A stretch of 14,246 nucleotides of DNA, taken from positions 1-14,246 of the IMG/VR virus record IMGVR_UViG_2690316231_000009, one strand, 5' to 3'. Under the pieces are notes generated by a model that was given only the letters and a program-made list of their open reading frames with translations, was not told the DNA's origin and made no database searches. Positions 1 through 6,326 of the stretch are shown piece by piece. The position numbers and the translations under genes are program-made. This stretch comes from a virus. Its lineage: Duplodnaviria; Heunggongvirae; Uroviricota; Caudoviricetes. Numbering within the stretch: the stretch's first letter is position 1; each line of letters opens with the position of its first letter.

Positions 1-431
1 TACTGCCCTTTGCTCAGGTCTGCCTTCGGATGATTCAGCGTACTCATATCCTGCACATCATGCAGGCAGTGGTCGGCCGGAATAATATCGTTATATCTGC
101 AGGCAGCCCCACCCGGCGTAACTGTACTGCGGCGCGCCAGCTGTTTAATGCGCGGATCCGGAGCATCGTATGAATCCGGCAGCGGAAGCCCTTCACCGTA
201 AGCCATGGCATTGGACTGCCCGGCCAGTACGATGACGTAGTACCAATCCGGCTCAGTTGCACCACTGACCACCACATCACCTTCTGCTGTAATCGCCTGC
301 ATCAGGGTATAAGGGGTTATGGCCACCGGACTACCAAACGGCTGCCAGCCCTCTTTCAGTTTGTGTGTCAGCTTTTCCGCAAGGTCTGACGGCGACGCCG
401 CCCTGACAACATCATAATGTTTAAATGTCAT
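1..431 (-). CDS. N-terminal part (about 143 codons) of a NanS-p-like prophage sialate O-acetylesterase (DUF1737-type N-domain followed by SGNH/SASA esterase); gene continues beyond the window start
   Basis: Minus-strand ORF open from ATG at 431-429 to the window edge, so it is absent from the ORF track (no stop in window). GGAGG Shine-Dalgarno (RC of 436-440) 4 nt upstream. Translation begins MTFKHYDVVRAASPSDLAEKLTHKLKEGWQPFGSPVAITPYTLMQAITAEGDVVVSGATEPDWYYVIVLAGQSNAMAYGEGLPLPDSYDAPDPRIK; the AGQSNAMAYGEG stretch matches the GQSN motif of sialate O-acetylesterases. Family assignment is from memory. Confidence 0.6.
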   Translation of the reverse strand, partial: MTFKHYDVVRAASPSDLAEKLTHKLKEGWQPFGSPVAITPYTLMQAITAEGDVVVSGATEPDWYYVIVLAGQSNAMAYGEGLPLPDSYDAPDPRIKQLARRSTVTPGGAACRYNDIIPADHCLHDVQDMSTLNHPKADLSKGQ

Positions 432-473
432 TATTCCTCCCGGCCGGGATAGTGTATTAAATCAGATATGGAG

Positions 474-520
474 TGGGCTGTAGTCCGGAAGCCTGAATGA
501 CACACGGGGACTACAGCCCA
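474..520. repeat. 13-bp perfect inverted repeat (TGGGCTGTAGTCC / GGACTACAGCCCA) with 21-nt spacer, upstream of the esterase gene
   Basis: Arms at 474-486 and 508-520 are exact reverse complements. No flanking T-tract on either strand, so not a canonical intrinsic terminator. Confidence 0.5.
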
Positions 521-616
521 AGAAATGAAAAAAGGCCACGCAGTTGCGCAGCCTGATAAACCCTGGTTAAAATCCACACGATAACAACACAACAATATCA
601 GTATCTCATGCTATTG

Positions 617-641
617 CCCGAACCCATTCGGGCATTTTTTA
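617..641 (+). terminator. Candidate rho-independent terminator, plus strand
   Basis: GCCCGAA (617-623) / TTCGGGC (628-634) 7-bp stem, 4-nt loop, followed by ATTTTTT (635-641). No plus-strand ORF lies upstream, so the terminated transcript is unknown. Confidence 0.45.
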
Positions 642-646
642 CCCAT

Positions 647-673
647 AAAAAATGCCCCTCCGGAGAGGGGCAT
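647..673 (-). terminator. Candidate rho-independent terminator, minus strand, downstream of the TerB-like gene and small hydrophobic ORF
   Basis: ATGCCCCTC (652-660) / GAGGGGCAT (665-673) 9-bp stem with CGGA loop; A6 at 647-652 gives a U6 tract immediately 3' of the hairpin on the minus-strand transcript. Confidence 0.55.
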
Positions 674-838
674 GTTTGCATGCACATTCTTTTTCTTGCA
701 TGGTGCCGGGTGCCTCCCGGTGAATTCAGTATCAGCACCTGAATCCGCGATTATCCCATATACCTGGTTGCTGATCGCCCCTCCGCACAGGGGGATTCAC
801 CATGCAGAAGTGTTTTTAATAAACAGCAAATAAAAAAA

Positions 839-1006
839 TCAAGCATTATGCAGGCTGTTTCTTTTTATCACCGGCCACAGCAATACCACAATGCCGCAGA
901 CCAGCACCCCATCCGCCAGCACCGACATGATTCTGCTGGTGAAATCCACCATCACCACCAGAAACAGCAGGAGTGCAGCCACAGCCAGGCGCAGTTTTAC
1001 CGTCAC
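839..1006 (-). CDS. Possible small hydrophobic (membrane) protein, about 55 aa, translationally coupled to the upstream TerB-like gene
   Basis: Not in the ORF track (GTG start). GTG at 1006-1004 overlaps the TGA stop (1005-1003) of the TerB-like ORF. Translation VTVKLRLAVAALLLFLVVMVDFTSRIMSVLADGVLVCGIVVLLWPVIKRNSLHNA has two hydrophobic stretches. Stop TGA at 841-839. No independent SD; may be spurious. Confidence 0.3.
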   Translation of the reverse strand: MTVKLRLAVAALLLFLVVMVDFTSRIMSVLADGVLVCGIVVLLWPVIKRNSLHNA

Positions 1007-1435
1007 AGGTGATTCTCCAGACGAAGACCCAGAACACCGGCAATCTCTTCCAGCACCTTGCGCTCTTCCGGCTCAATTTCGCCGTCTGCCTCCGCAATGG
1101 CCACCGCCACATCCAGCACATCTTCCGCTTCACGCGTATCGTGTTTCACATCCTCGATCTCACGTAACGCCGCACGACGACCAGTTTTAAAGTTCGTATC
1201 CAGCTGACCGATAATGGTTGCGCTAATCGCATTAATTTCCGAGGTAAACGCAGACAACGCAGGCTGATTACGTAAGACCTGTTCGATCTTCGCTTTCTCG
1301 GAAGCCTCACATTCACCATCTGCACAGGCCACCAGGTATGCGGCGTTAATCACCGCCTGTGCCAGATCGCGTTTTTCAAACTTTTTAATTTCCGTTGCCG
1401 CTCTGCGGGCTTTTTTTACCAAAAATACCAAACAT
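1003..1435 (-). CDS. TerB-like (tellurite-resistance TerB family) protein; reading frame interrupted by an apparent 1-nt frameshift in an A7 homopolymer (1411-1417)
   Basis: The long in-frame ORF (track 1003..1464) can only start at TTG 1464-1462. A well-placed ATG at 1435-1433, preceded by AAGGA 8 nt upstream, is in the adjacent frame and stops after 16 codons (MFGIFGKKSPQSGNGN). Removing one A from the A7 run joins it to the long frame, giving MFGIFGKK-ARRAATEIKKFEKRDLAQAV.... The protein has two ADGE-type motifs (LVACADGECEASEK and AIAEADGEIEPEER) typical of TerB-like domains. Confidence 0.6.
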
Positions 1436-1566
1436 CGTGACGTTCCTTTGGGTGGGTGAGCCAACGCCCGGGAGCGATCTGCCCACAGAGAAAGTCACAC
1501 TGACCACTCCGTAAGCTCCCCCCCGAAAGGCTCTGTGGTTGGTATGCGCCGGGCGTGGCGCAGATA

Positions 1567-1600
1567 CAAAAAAGGCCCGCAAAAGCGAGACGGGAAAATA
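1567..1600 (-). terminator. Weak candidate terminator after the tRNA cluster
   Basis: On the minus strand a short GC-rich hairpin (CCCG...CGGG) is followed by CCTTTTTTG (RC of 1566-1574). Stem is only about 4 bp, so support is weak. Confidence 0.25.
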
Positions 1601-1607
1601 AGTGTAG

Positions 1608-1681
1608 CGCGTTGTACTGGAGTCGAACCAGTGACCGATTGCTTAGAAGGCAATTGCTCTGTCCTGCTGAGCTAACAACGC
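1608..1681 (-). tRNA. tRNA-Arg (anticodon UCU); the 3' CCA is not encoded (genome gives CUA)
   Basis: Manual cloverleaf fold of RC(1608-1681): acceptor GCGTTGT/ACAACGC (7 perfect pairs), D-stem GCTC/GAGC, anticodon stem ATTGC/GCAAT with loop CTTCTAA (anticodon TCT), T-arm ACTGG-TTCGACT-CCAGT, discriminator G. Positions 1605-1607 read TAG, so the 3' tail would be CUA rather than CCA. Confidence 0.8.
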
Positions 1682-1694
1682 AGAATACCGATAA

Positions 1695-1771
1695 TGGACC
1701 ACCACCGGGGACTCGAACCTCGCGCAACCAGCTTCGAAGGCTGACGCTCTATCCCGATGAGCTAATGGCGG
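1695..1771 (-). tRNA. tRNA-Arg (anticodon UCG), with a slightly imperfect cloverleaf
   Basis: RC(1695-1771) = CCGCCATTAGCTCATCGGGATAGAGCGTCAGCCTTCGAAGCTGGTTGCGCGAGGTTCGAGTCCCCGGTGGTGGTCCA. D-stem GCTC/GAGC, anticodon loop CTTCGAA (anticodon TCG), T-loop TTCGAGT, encoded CCA. Acceptor stem has two G-U pairs, T-stem has one A-C mismatch and position 1 is C. Confidence 0.7.
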
Positions 1772-1778
1772 TATGTGA

Positions 1779-1854
1779 TGGTGGCCCTTGCTGGATTTGA
1801 ACCAGCGACCTGGCGATTATGAGTCGCTCGCTCTCACCACTGAGCTAAAGGGCC
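1779..1854 (-). tRNA. tRNA with CAU anticodon, most like tRNA-Ile2 (ileX/ileZ type); part of a phage ileZ-argN-argO-like cluster
   Basis: RC(1779-1854) = GGCCCTTTAGCTCAGTGGTGAGAGCGAGCGACTCATAATCGCCAGGTCGCTGGTTCAAATCCAGCAAGGGCCACCA. Perfect acceptor stem, anticodon loop CTCATAA, T-arm GCTGG-TTCAAAT-CCAGC, encoded CCA. Closely resembles E. coli tRNA-Ile2 as I recall it. Spacers to the neighbouring tRNAs are 7 and 13 nt. Confidence 0.85.
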
Positions 1855-1882
1855 GAGCCAAAAAATAATAATCAGATGAAAA

Positions 1883-2596
1883 TCAATAATCAAGCCCTTG
1901 CCTGGATACATATCTGTCTGGCGGGAAGCCATAATAGCGGTGAAATACAGAAATAAAGTAGGACCTGCTTGAATAACCGCATTTTTCTGCTATAGTCTGT
2001 CCATATCCATGCCGGGAACATAACATATTTACAGCAACACGCATCCGCTCTTCCAGCAACAAGCGACTGAACATGCCCCCTTCATTTTTCAGTTTTGTCT
2101 TTAACAAACTCTCACTCATATGCAACTGTAGAGCAATCGCACCAAGCGTCCAGCTTGCTGATATATCTGTCTGAATTATCGCCCTGACTTTGGCACTTAT
2201 GCTGGATAAACATCCACTTAAAAACAATGACATCCGTTCATCTGTTTCAAACAGAGACAGGCAGGCCATCATAAGAAACATATCCGTGGCCTCTCCGGAA
2301 AATCCCTGGCTGGTAATTAAAGCCGCAGCCAACGCAGGATTGTTGGGTTCCAGCAACAGGTAAAGCGGAATGTCAGTCAGACGAGTCCTCGTCAGCTTAT
2401 GCTGACTTTCCAGATATTGACTTACGACGGATTCGCTTATATCGACAATTTTAACTTTGCCATAATGCATAAGGAAAAGCTCCCTGATGCATTTGGTGGC
2501 CAGAACAACTGAGCCTGGCTTAAGTGACAACGTATCCTTTTCAAGAAAAATATTAATTGGGGAGCAAACCATGATAACTGAACAGACAACAGCCAT
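1883..2596 (-). CDS. AraC/XylS-family transcriptional regulator (prophage moron)
   Basis: 237-aa ORF; the C-terminal about 100 aa (SESLLKTKLKNEGGMFSRLLLEERMRVAVNMLCSRHGYGQTIAEKCGYSSRSYFISVFHRYYGFPP) is a typical AraC-type double HTH. AT-rich relative to flanking phage genes. ATG at 2596 has no clear SD; an in-frame ATG at 2572 is an alternative start. Confidence 0.8.
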   Translation of the reverse strand: MAVVCSVIMVCSPINIFLEKDTLSLKPGSVVLATKCIRELFLMHYGKVKIVDISESVVSQYLESQHKLTRTRLTDIPLYLLLEPNNPALAAALITSQGFSGEATDMFLMMACLSLFETDERMSLFLSGCLSSISAKVRAIIQTDISASWTLGAIALQLHMSESLLKTKLKNEGGMFSRLLLEERMRVAVNMLCSRHGYGQTIAEKCGYSSRSYFISVFHRYYGFPPDRYVSRQGLDY

Positions 2597-2717
2597 TATA
2601 ATTTTACTTTCATTAGCAATTGGTTAGCTCAATTATAGCCCCAAAAGGTAAATTATCATCAACACATAAGCAAAGGACTGACAGGTGTCGCCCCCCCACC
2701 AGCCGCCCATTCACCAC

Positions 2718-2744
2718 AAATAAAAAGCCTTCAGGACTGAAGGC
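2718..2744 (-). terminator. Rho-independent terminator of the small regulator gene
   Basis: GCCTTCA (2727-2733) / TGAAGGC (2738-2744) 7-bp stem with GGAC loop, overlapping the stop codon of the 2731..2928 ORF; followed on the minus strand by TTTTTATTT (RC of 2718-2726). Confidence 0.6.
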
Positions 2745-2928
2745 GTCTGTAACAACCGCACTGATAGTCTGCCAGACCCGCCATAACAAGCTGGGTCAGT
2801 ATTAACTGGCAGCGTTCGCGTGAAAGGTAAGTATTCTGCGCAATCTCCCCGACTGTCGCCGGTTCGGTAACGCTTAATTCATCAAACACAACTCTGGCGG
2901 TTTCTGTCATATCCTGCTGTTTCAGCAT
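2731..2928 (-). CDS. Small winged-helix regulator, PapI/FaeA-like (65 aa)
   Basis: ATG at 2928; own intrinsic terminator at the 3' end. MLKQQDMTETARVVFDELSVTEPATVGEIAQNTYLSRERCQLILTQLVMAGLADYQCGCYRRLQS has the size and helix pattern of PapI/FaeA-type fimbrial regulators. The family assignment is a structural guess from memory. Confidence 0.45.
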   Translation of the reverse strand: MLKQQDMTETARVVFDELSVTEPATVGEIAQNTYLSRERCQLILTQLVMAGLADYQCGCYRRLQS

Positions 2929-3053
2929 GTCTTTTTACCCTTTCCGGTTAACGTGACATACCAATAACTCTTGTCTAAAAAGCCAGCAAGATAAAAAGCC
3001 AGTATTCACGACCACCAGCGTGTTTACTGTACTGCACCAGGTTTACAGGTACA

Positions 3054-3137
3054 AAAAAACCGCTCAGCGGCGGGTTTAAGTTGTGTGGCGAAGTAACCAC
3101 TCTTAACAGCATATTTTATTTTTTACGATTGTAAACG
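3054..3137 (-). promoter_or_regulatory. Candidate promoter followed by a weak hairpin plus U7 terminator (possible Q-dependent late promoter / tR'-like element)
   Basis: Minus strand reads TTTACA (RC of 3132-3137), 16-nt spacer, TATGCT (RC of 3110-3115). About 40 nt downstream, CCGC-TGA-GCGG (RC of 3062-3072) is followed by TTTTTTT (RC of 3054-3060). The stem is only 4 bp, so the terminator call is weak. Confidence 0.3.
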
Positions 3138-3200
3138 GTTGATTATTCATCTCCAATAAAAATAATTGTGTGGGTATGCCCTTAACAATGGATAAGAAAC

Positions 3201-3647
3201 ATGAATAAAATGACTGTACTATTACTTAGCGCAACTATCATTTCAGGTTGTACTTCTTCCGTACCATTGATAAAGAAAACTCAATCAGGAAAACCTGAGG
3301 GGGTTTATCAAAATACGACAAAAGATAAAGTCAAAGATGCCCTTGTGAATTACTGCAATAGTAGAGGGTTGATAATTTACAACGCGGATAACAGCAGTGT
3401 TATATGTGGTAAAGAACTGGAAGGCGGCTCTGCTGTTTTTGGACAAATGTTAATCGGCAATGCCTATTCAACAACCCCGGTATCAAAAGTCAGATTTACT
3501 ATCGCTCAAGTTAATAACGATACAAAAGTGTGGGCCGATATGTGGATGGAAACTCAAATGGCAATGGGGCAAGTACAACAAATGTCTATAACAGACAACG
3601 CAAGCAAAAACACTATCCAACAACGTCTTGATGAATTAAAACCTTAA
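3201..3647 (+). CDS. Lipoprotein of unknown function (148 aa), AT-rich moron convergent with Q
   Basis: N-terminus MNKMTVLLLSATIISGCTSS has a positively charged n-region, hydrophobic core and lipobox ISGC. Markedly lower GC than surrounding phage genes. Opposite strand to the lytic operon. Confidence 0.7.
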   Translation: MNKMTVLLLSATIISGCTSSVPLIKKTQSGKPEGVYQNTTKDKVKDALVNYCNSRGLIIYNADNSSVICGKELEGGSAVFGQMLIGNAYSTTPVSKVRFTIAQVNNDTKVWADMWMETQMAMGQVQQMSITDNASKNTIQQRLDELKP

Positions 3648-3648
3648 A

Positions 3649-3686
3649 TAAATTAAATAAAATGGGGAGAATAAATCGACTCCCCA
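3649..3686 (-). terminator. Rho-independent terminator just downstream of Q, lying between the convergent Q and lipoprotein genes
   Basis: TGGGGAG (3663-3669) / CTCCCCA (3680-3686) 7-bp stem with 10-nt loop; on the minus strand it is followed by TTTTATTTAATTTA (RC of 3649-3662). Confidence 0.5.
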
Positions 3687-3727
3687 CACATTAAACTGAT
3701 TCAATTACCCCCTCAATAAGAGGTCTT

Positions 3728-4093
3728 CTAACGATCCATCTCTAGCTCAATTTCTAACATCATTAACATGCCATCAACTACACCTTCAGCTTTTTGCAAT
3801 AAACGCCCAACCCAGCAATCAGAACGCCCATGTTTACGGGCAAGCGCCATAAAAGTCATACCACCTACATAATAATCCACTAATAAATCGTGCAAATCGC
3901 TGTTGTTCTTTTTCAGGCGAGCCATGCATCCACAAATGATCATCGCGTCATCGTCACAACATTGCGGGCGGGATTTTACTTTTGAAGGGATTAGTCCTTT
4001 AAATCCTGCAGCAATAGACGACCAGGTGACATCCTCGTGATTATTTGCCACCCATGCCCCCCAACGTTCAAGAACCATTTGAATATCACGCAT
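3728..4093 (-). CDS. quuD: Late-gene antiterminator Q, QuuD-like
   Basis: Starting at ATG 4093-4091 (GGAG SD 7 nt upstream) the protein reads [75 protein letters not shown]..., which I recognise as very close to the DLP12 prophage antiterminator QuuD (YbcQ). The track start at 4108 is a TTG extension. Confidence 0.8.
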   Translation of the reverse strand: MRDIQMVLERWGAWVANNHEDVTWSSIAAGFKGLIPSKVKSRPQCCDDDAMIICGCMARLKKNNSDLHDLLVDYYVGGMTFMALARKHGRSDCWVGRLLQKAEGVVDGMLMMLEIELEMDR

Positions 4094-4110
4094 CAACTTT
4101 CTCCACAAAA

Positions 4111-5106
4111 TCAGGCCAGCACGCCAATTGCCAGCGCACGATCGATAAAACGAAATATCAGCTCCAGCTGGGAGCCATACTTCTCTTCAAATGCCACGGT
4201 ATCCGCATGCAGCTCGTCGTGATGCTTTCTGCACAAAGGCAACACAAAAAGGTCATGCGCTTTTGTTCCCATTCCACCCTGACCGTGACCTATCAGGTGG
4301 TGGGGATCATCAGCGGGCTTTCCACAACATGCACACGGCTGTGTCTTAACCCAGCGCGTGTACTTTTCATTAACCCAGCGGCGACGTTTTGGGCGTAACA
4401 TAAAAGACTCCGGCGACTCCGGATCCACTTTCAGCGCCAGCACCTTTTTCGCCTTATCCTGGATGATGCTGGTGGCAGGAACCGAAGGCACAAGGTCACT
4501 TTCCCGGGTAACAGACGGCACAACAGGCTTCGGTAATCTCAGTGCCTTACGGGCTGCACTTTCCGGTAAGGCATCCGCCAGATCATTACGAATCAGCCAC
4601 CAGCACAGTTCCGGCATTGTCACAACGTGACTGTCATCAAAACCGAGATCCCGACGCACAACAGACAACACCCAGCGGGCACAGTTATCCGTTGCCATTG
4701 ATTCCAGCCGTTCCGTGAACTGATCGCGCAGCTGGTTATCGCAGTGCCAGCACAGACGGATTGCACCCGGAGCGTGTCGCATTGTGGTCATGTTCTCGCT
4801 GTGCCAGTCGGAATGAGGCCACTGGCAGCCTTTTTCACGAAGTAACCAGCTTTCAAGACATTCCACGCCACCAGCACGACGGATCACTGCCTCATTGCGG
4901 AACACGGCCCGAACGGCAGGATCATCCGCCAGCGGTTGTGATGCCGCCGGAACGGCACCACTGGCGAAAGATGAATAACGCTCCGGCTCAGGCTCCAGCA
5001 GGACACGCCCCTGCATAAACAGGGGCATCAGCTCTGAACCTGGCCTGAACAATACGATCCCCATACGCGGGGCAATTTCAGGGGTCAGTAGTGCTCTCAC
5101 GGTCAC
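4111..5106 (-). CDS. DUF968-family protein (HNH-like Cys/His motif), lambdoid nin-region type
   Basis: 331-aa ORF; C-terminal [45 protein letters not shown] matches the DUF968 signature. GTG start at 5106 lies 1 nt after the KilA-N stop (coupled); exact start uncertain. Confidence 0.75.
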   Translation of the reverse strand: MTVRALLTPEIAPRMGIVLFRPGSELMPLFMQGRVLLEPEPERYSSFASGAVPAASQPLADDPAVRAVFRNEAVIRRAGGVECLESWLLREKGCQWPHSDWHSENMTTMRHAPGAIRLCWHCDNQLRDQFTERLESMATDNCARWVLSVVRRDLGFDDSHVVTMPELCWWLIRNDLADALPESAARKALRLPKPVVPSVTRESDLVPSVPATSIIQDKAKKVLALKVDPESPESFMLRPKRRRWVNEKYTRWVKTQPCACCGKPADDPHHLIGHGQGGMGTKAHDLFVLPLCRKHHDELHADTVAFEEKYGSQLELIFRFIDRALAIGVLA

Positions 5107-5107
5107 C

Positions 5108-5917
5108 TCAATGAACGGTATCGAGCAGCTTTAACAGCTCAGGGAATCGGGATTCGAAGAAATGCGGCTGCGTCTCGCGCGGATTTGCGGGACTGGTGAT
5201 GTTCTTGCCGAACATGCAGCCTTTCGCTGTCAGCGACCAGAATTTTTTGATGTTGTTAATCGCGGTACGACTGTATCGTTCGCGCTGCTCGACGATCCCC
5301 AGTTTCACCATCTGGTGATATGCCTGATTAGCCGTCAGGCGTATACCATACTGTTTCAGCAGTGCACTCAGTGACAGTGTCGGGCGACTTGAGCCATCGT
5401 GTGCATCAGCAGGAGCATCAATGGCATAGCGCGGTGCCAGATTCGGTAAGCCAACAGCCTCCTGGAGTTTCTGACAGGCACCAAGCACAGATGAGTTAGA
5501 CAGGTTTAACTCCCGACGCATAAAGTCCAGCAGAATCACACCAGCCTGCATCTTGTCAGCAGCCTGTCCGGATAATTTTTCCGGTGCGCTGGTTACCATG
5601 TCGAAAGTACGGATCACCTTAAGATGGAATGACGGGCTTATCCACATTGCATAGGCATACACCAGTTCTTTGCAGACATACGTTCCCCGTTCATTTCCCC
5701 CATGAATCACACTCACCGGGTCAACACCCAAATTCTGGGTGTTGGTCAATTCATGAACAAGTTCAACAGTTTGTTGGCTGGAAAGAAACTTTCCTGGCTC
5801 CTTGGTTCTGGCATTTGCACCAGATGCTACTGCTGCGCGATGTAGATCGTTCAGGCTGTAACGCCCATAAACATCACGACGAACTTCAATACCATCAATG
5901 ACCATCAGATTATTCAT
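5108..5917 (-). CDS. KilA-N domain protein (putative antirepressor-like)
   Basis: Best start is ATG 5917-5915 with AGGAG 9 nt upstream (MNNLMVIDGIEVRRDVYGRYSLNDLHRAA...); the track start at 5950 is an 11-codon extension. The N-terminal about 110 aa (...GGNERGTYVCKELVYAYAMWISPSFHLKVIRTFD) is a KilA-N domain. Confidence 0.75.
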   Translation of the reverse strand: MNNLMVIDGIEVRRDVYGRYSLNDLHRAAVASGANARTKEPGKFLSSQQTVELVHELTNTQNLGVDPVSVIHGGNERGTYVCKELVYAYAMWISPSFHLKVIRTFDMVTSAPEKLSGQAADKMQAGVILLDFMRRELNLSNSSVLGACQKLQEAVGLPNLAPRYAIDAPADAHDGSSRPTLSLSALLKQYGIRLTANQAYHQMVKLGIVEQRERYSRTAINNIKKFWSLTAKGCMFGKNITSPANPRETQPHFFESRFPELLKLLDTVH

Positions 5918-5936
5918 ACTTCGTTTCTCCTCTTGA

Positions 5937-6326
5937 TCAGGCGGCTGCACCCGCCGTTTTCTCGTACTTACTGATAGTGATCTCGACCTTCCCTTTCGGG
6001 ATAACCGGTCCCCACTCCACCAGCATTCTTTTCACCTGACTGTCGTCTTCCCACACACCCGCGTGGGTCAGGGCGTCAAACAGCGCCTTGTTATAGTTGT
6101 CCAGATCGCGGATCCTGTTATCCGGAGGAAACAACACGATCTCCACTGAAGCAGGTGCCGACGTTGGTTTCGGCAGACGACGTAACTGCTCAATGATGGC
6201 GGCACACGCCGCGCTCTGAAATTTTCGCCCCGCCTCGCTTATCAGGCTCTTACCAGCAAATGCCCCTTTGTTGGGGTGTCGCCAGTACGTGTTCACGCTG
6301 GGCGGAAAAGGCAGTATTAGCTTCAT
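5937..6326 (-). CDS. rusA: RusA-family Holliday junction resolvase
   Basis: 129 aa; MKLILPFPPSVNTYWRH...VEIVLFPPDNRIRDLDNYNKALFDALTHAGVWEDDSQV matches RusA hallmarks (PxxxN..YW N-terminus, acidic RDLDN catalytic region). ATGA overlap with the upstream methyltransferase stop. Confidence 0.85.
   Translation of the reverse strand: MKLILPFPPSVNTYWRHPNKGAFAGKSLISEAGRKFQSAACAAIIEQLRRLPKPTSAPASVEIVLFPPDNRIRDLDNYNKALFDALTHAGVWEDDSQVKRMLVEWGPVIPKGKVEITISKYEKTAGAAA

Noticed and set aside
44-280. 78-aa minus-strand track ORF
   Set aside because: It lies entirely inside the NanS-p-like esterase reading frame in a different frame; the esterase frame has a ribosome-binding site and a recognisable motif, and this one has neither.
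846-1190. Track ORFs 846..1133 (-), 891..1190 (+) and 973..1167 (+)
   Set aside because: They overlap the TerB-like gene or its downstream small ORF in other frames, have Arg/Pro/Ser/His-rich composition typical of off-frame translation, and lack ribosome-binding sites.
2571-2627. 18-codon plus-strand ORF (MITEQTTAIIILLSLAIG) with a GGGGAG ribosome-binding site, reminiscent of a type I toxin peptide
   Set aside because: It is antisense to the 5' end of the AraC-family gene, and short hydrophobic frames arise easily in AT-rich DNA. With no paired antisense RNA or conservation evidence, it is most likely coincidental.
1003-3700. Shiga toxin genes
   Set aside because: The Q, tRNA and NanS-p arrangement is the classic stx locus, so I looked for them. 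No ORF here resembles StxA (about 315 aa) or StxB (about 89 aa); the slot is occupied by the TerB-like gene instead.
4045-5018. Plus-strand track ORFs 4045..4398, 4358..4630 and 4761..5018
   Set aside because: All are antisense to the DUF968 and Q genes, which have conserved signatures; typical off-frame composition.
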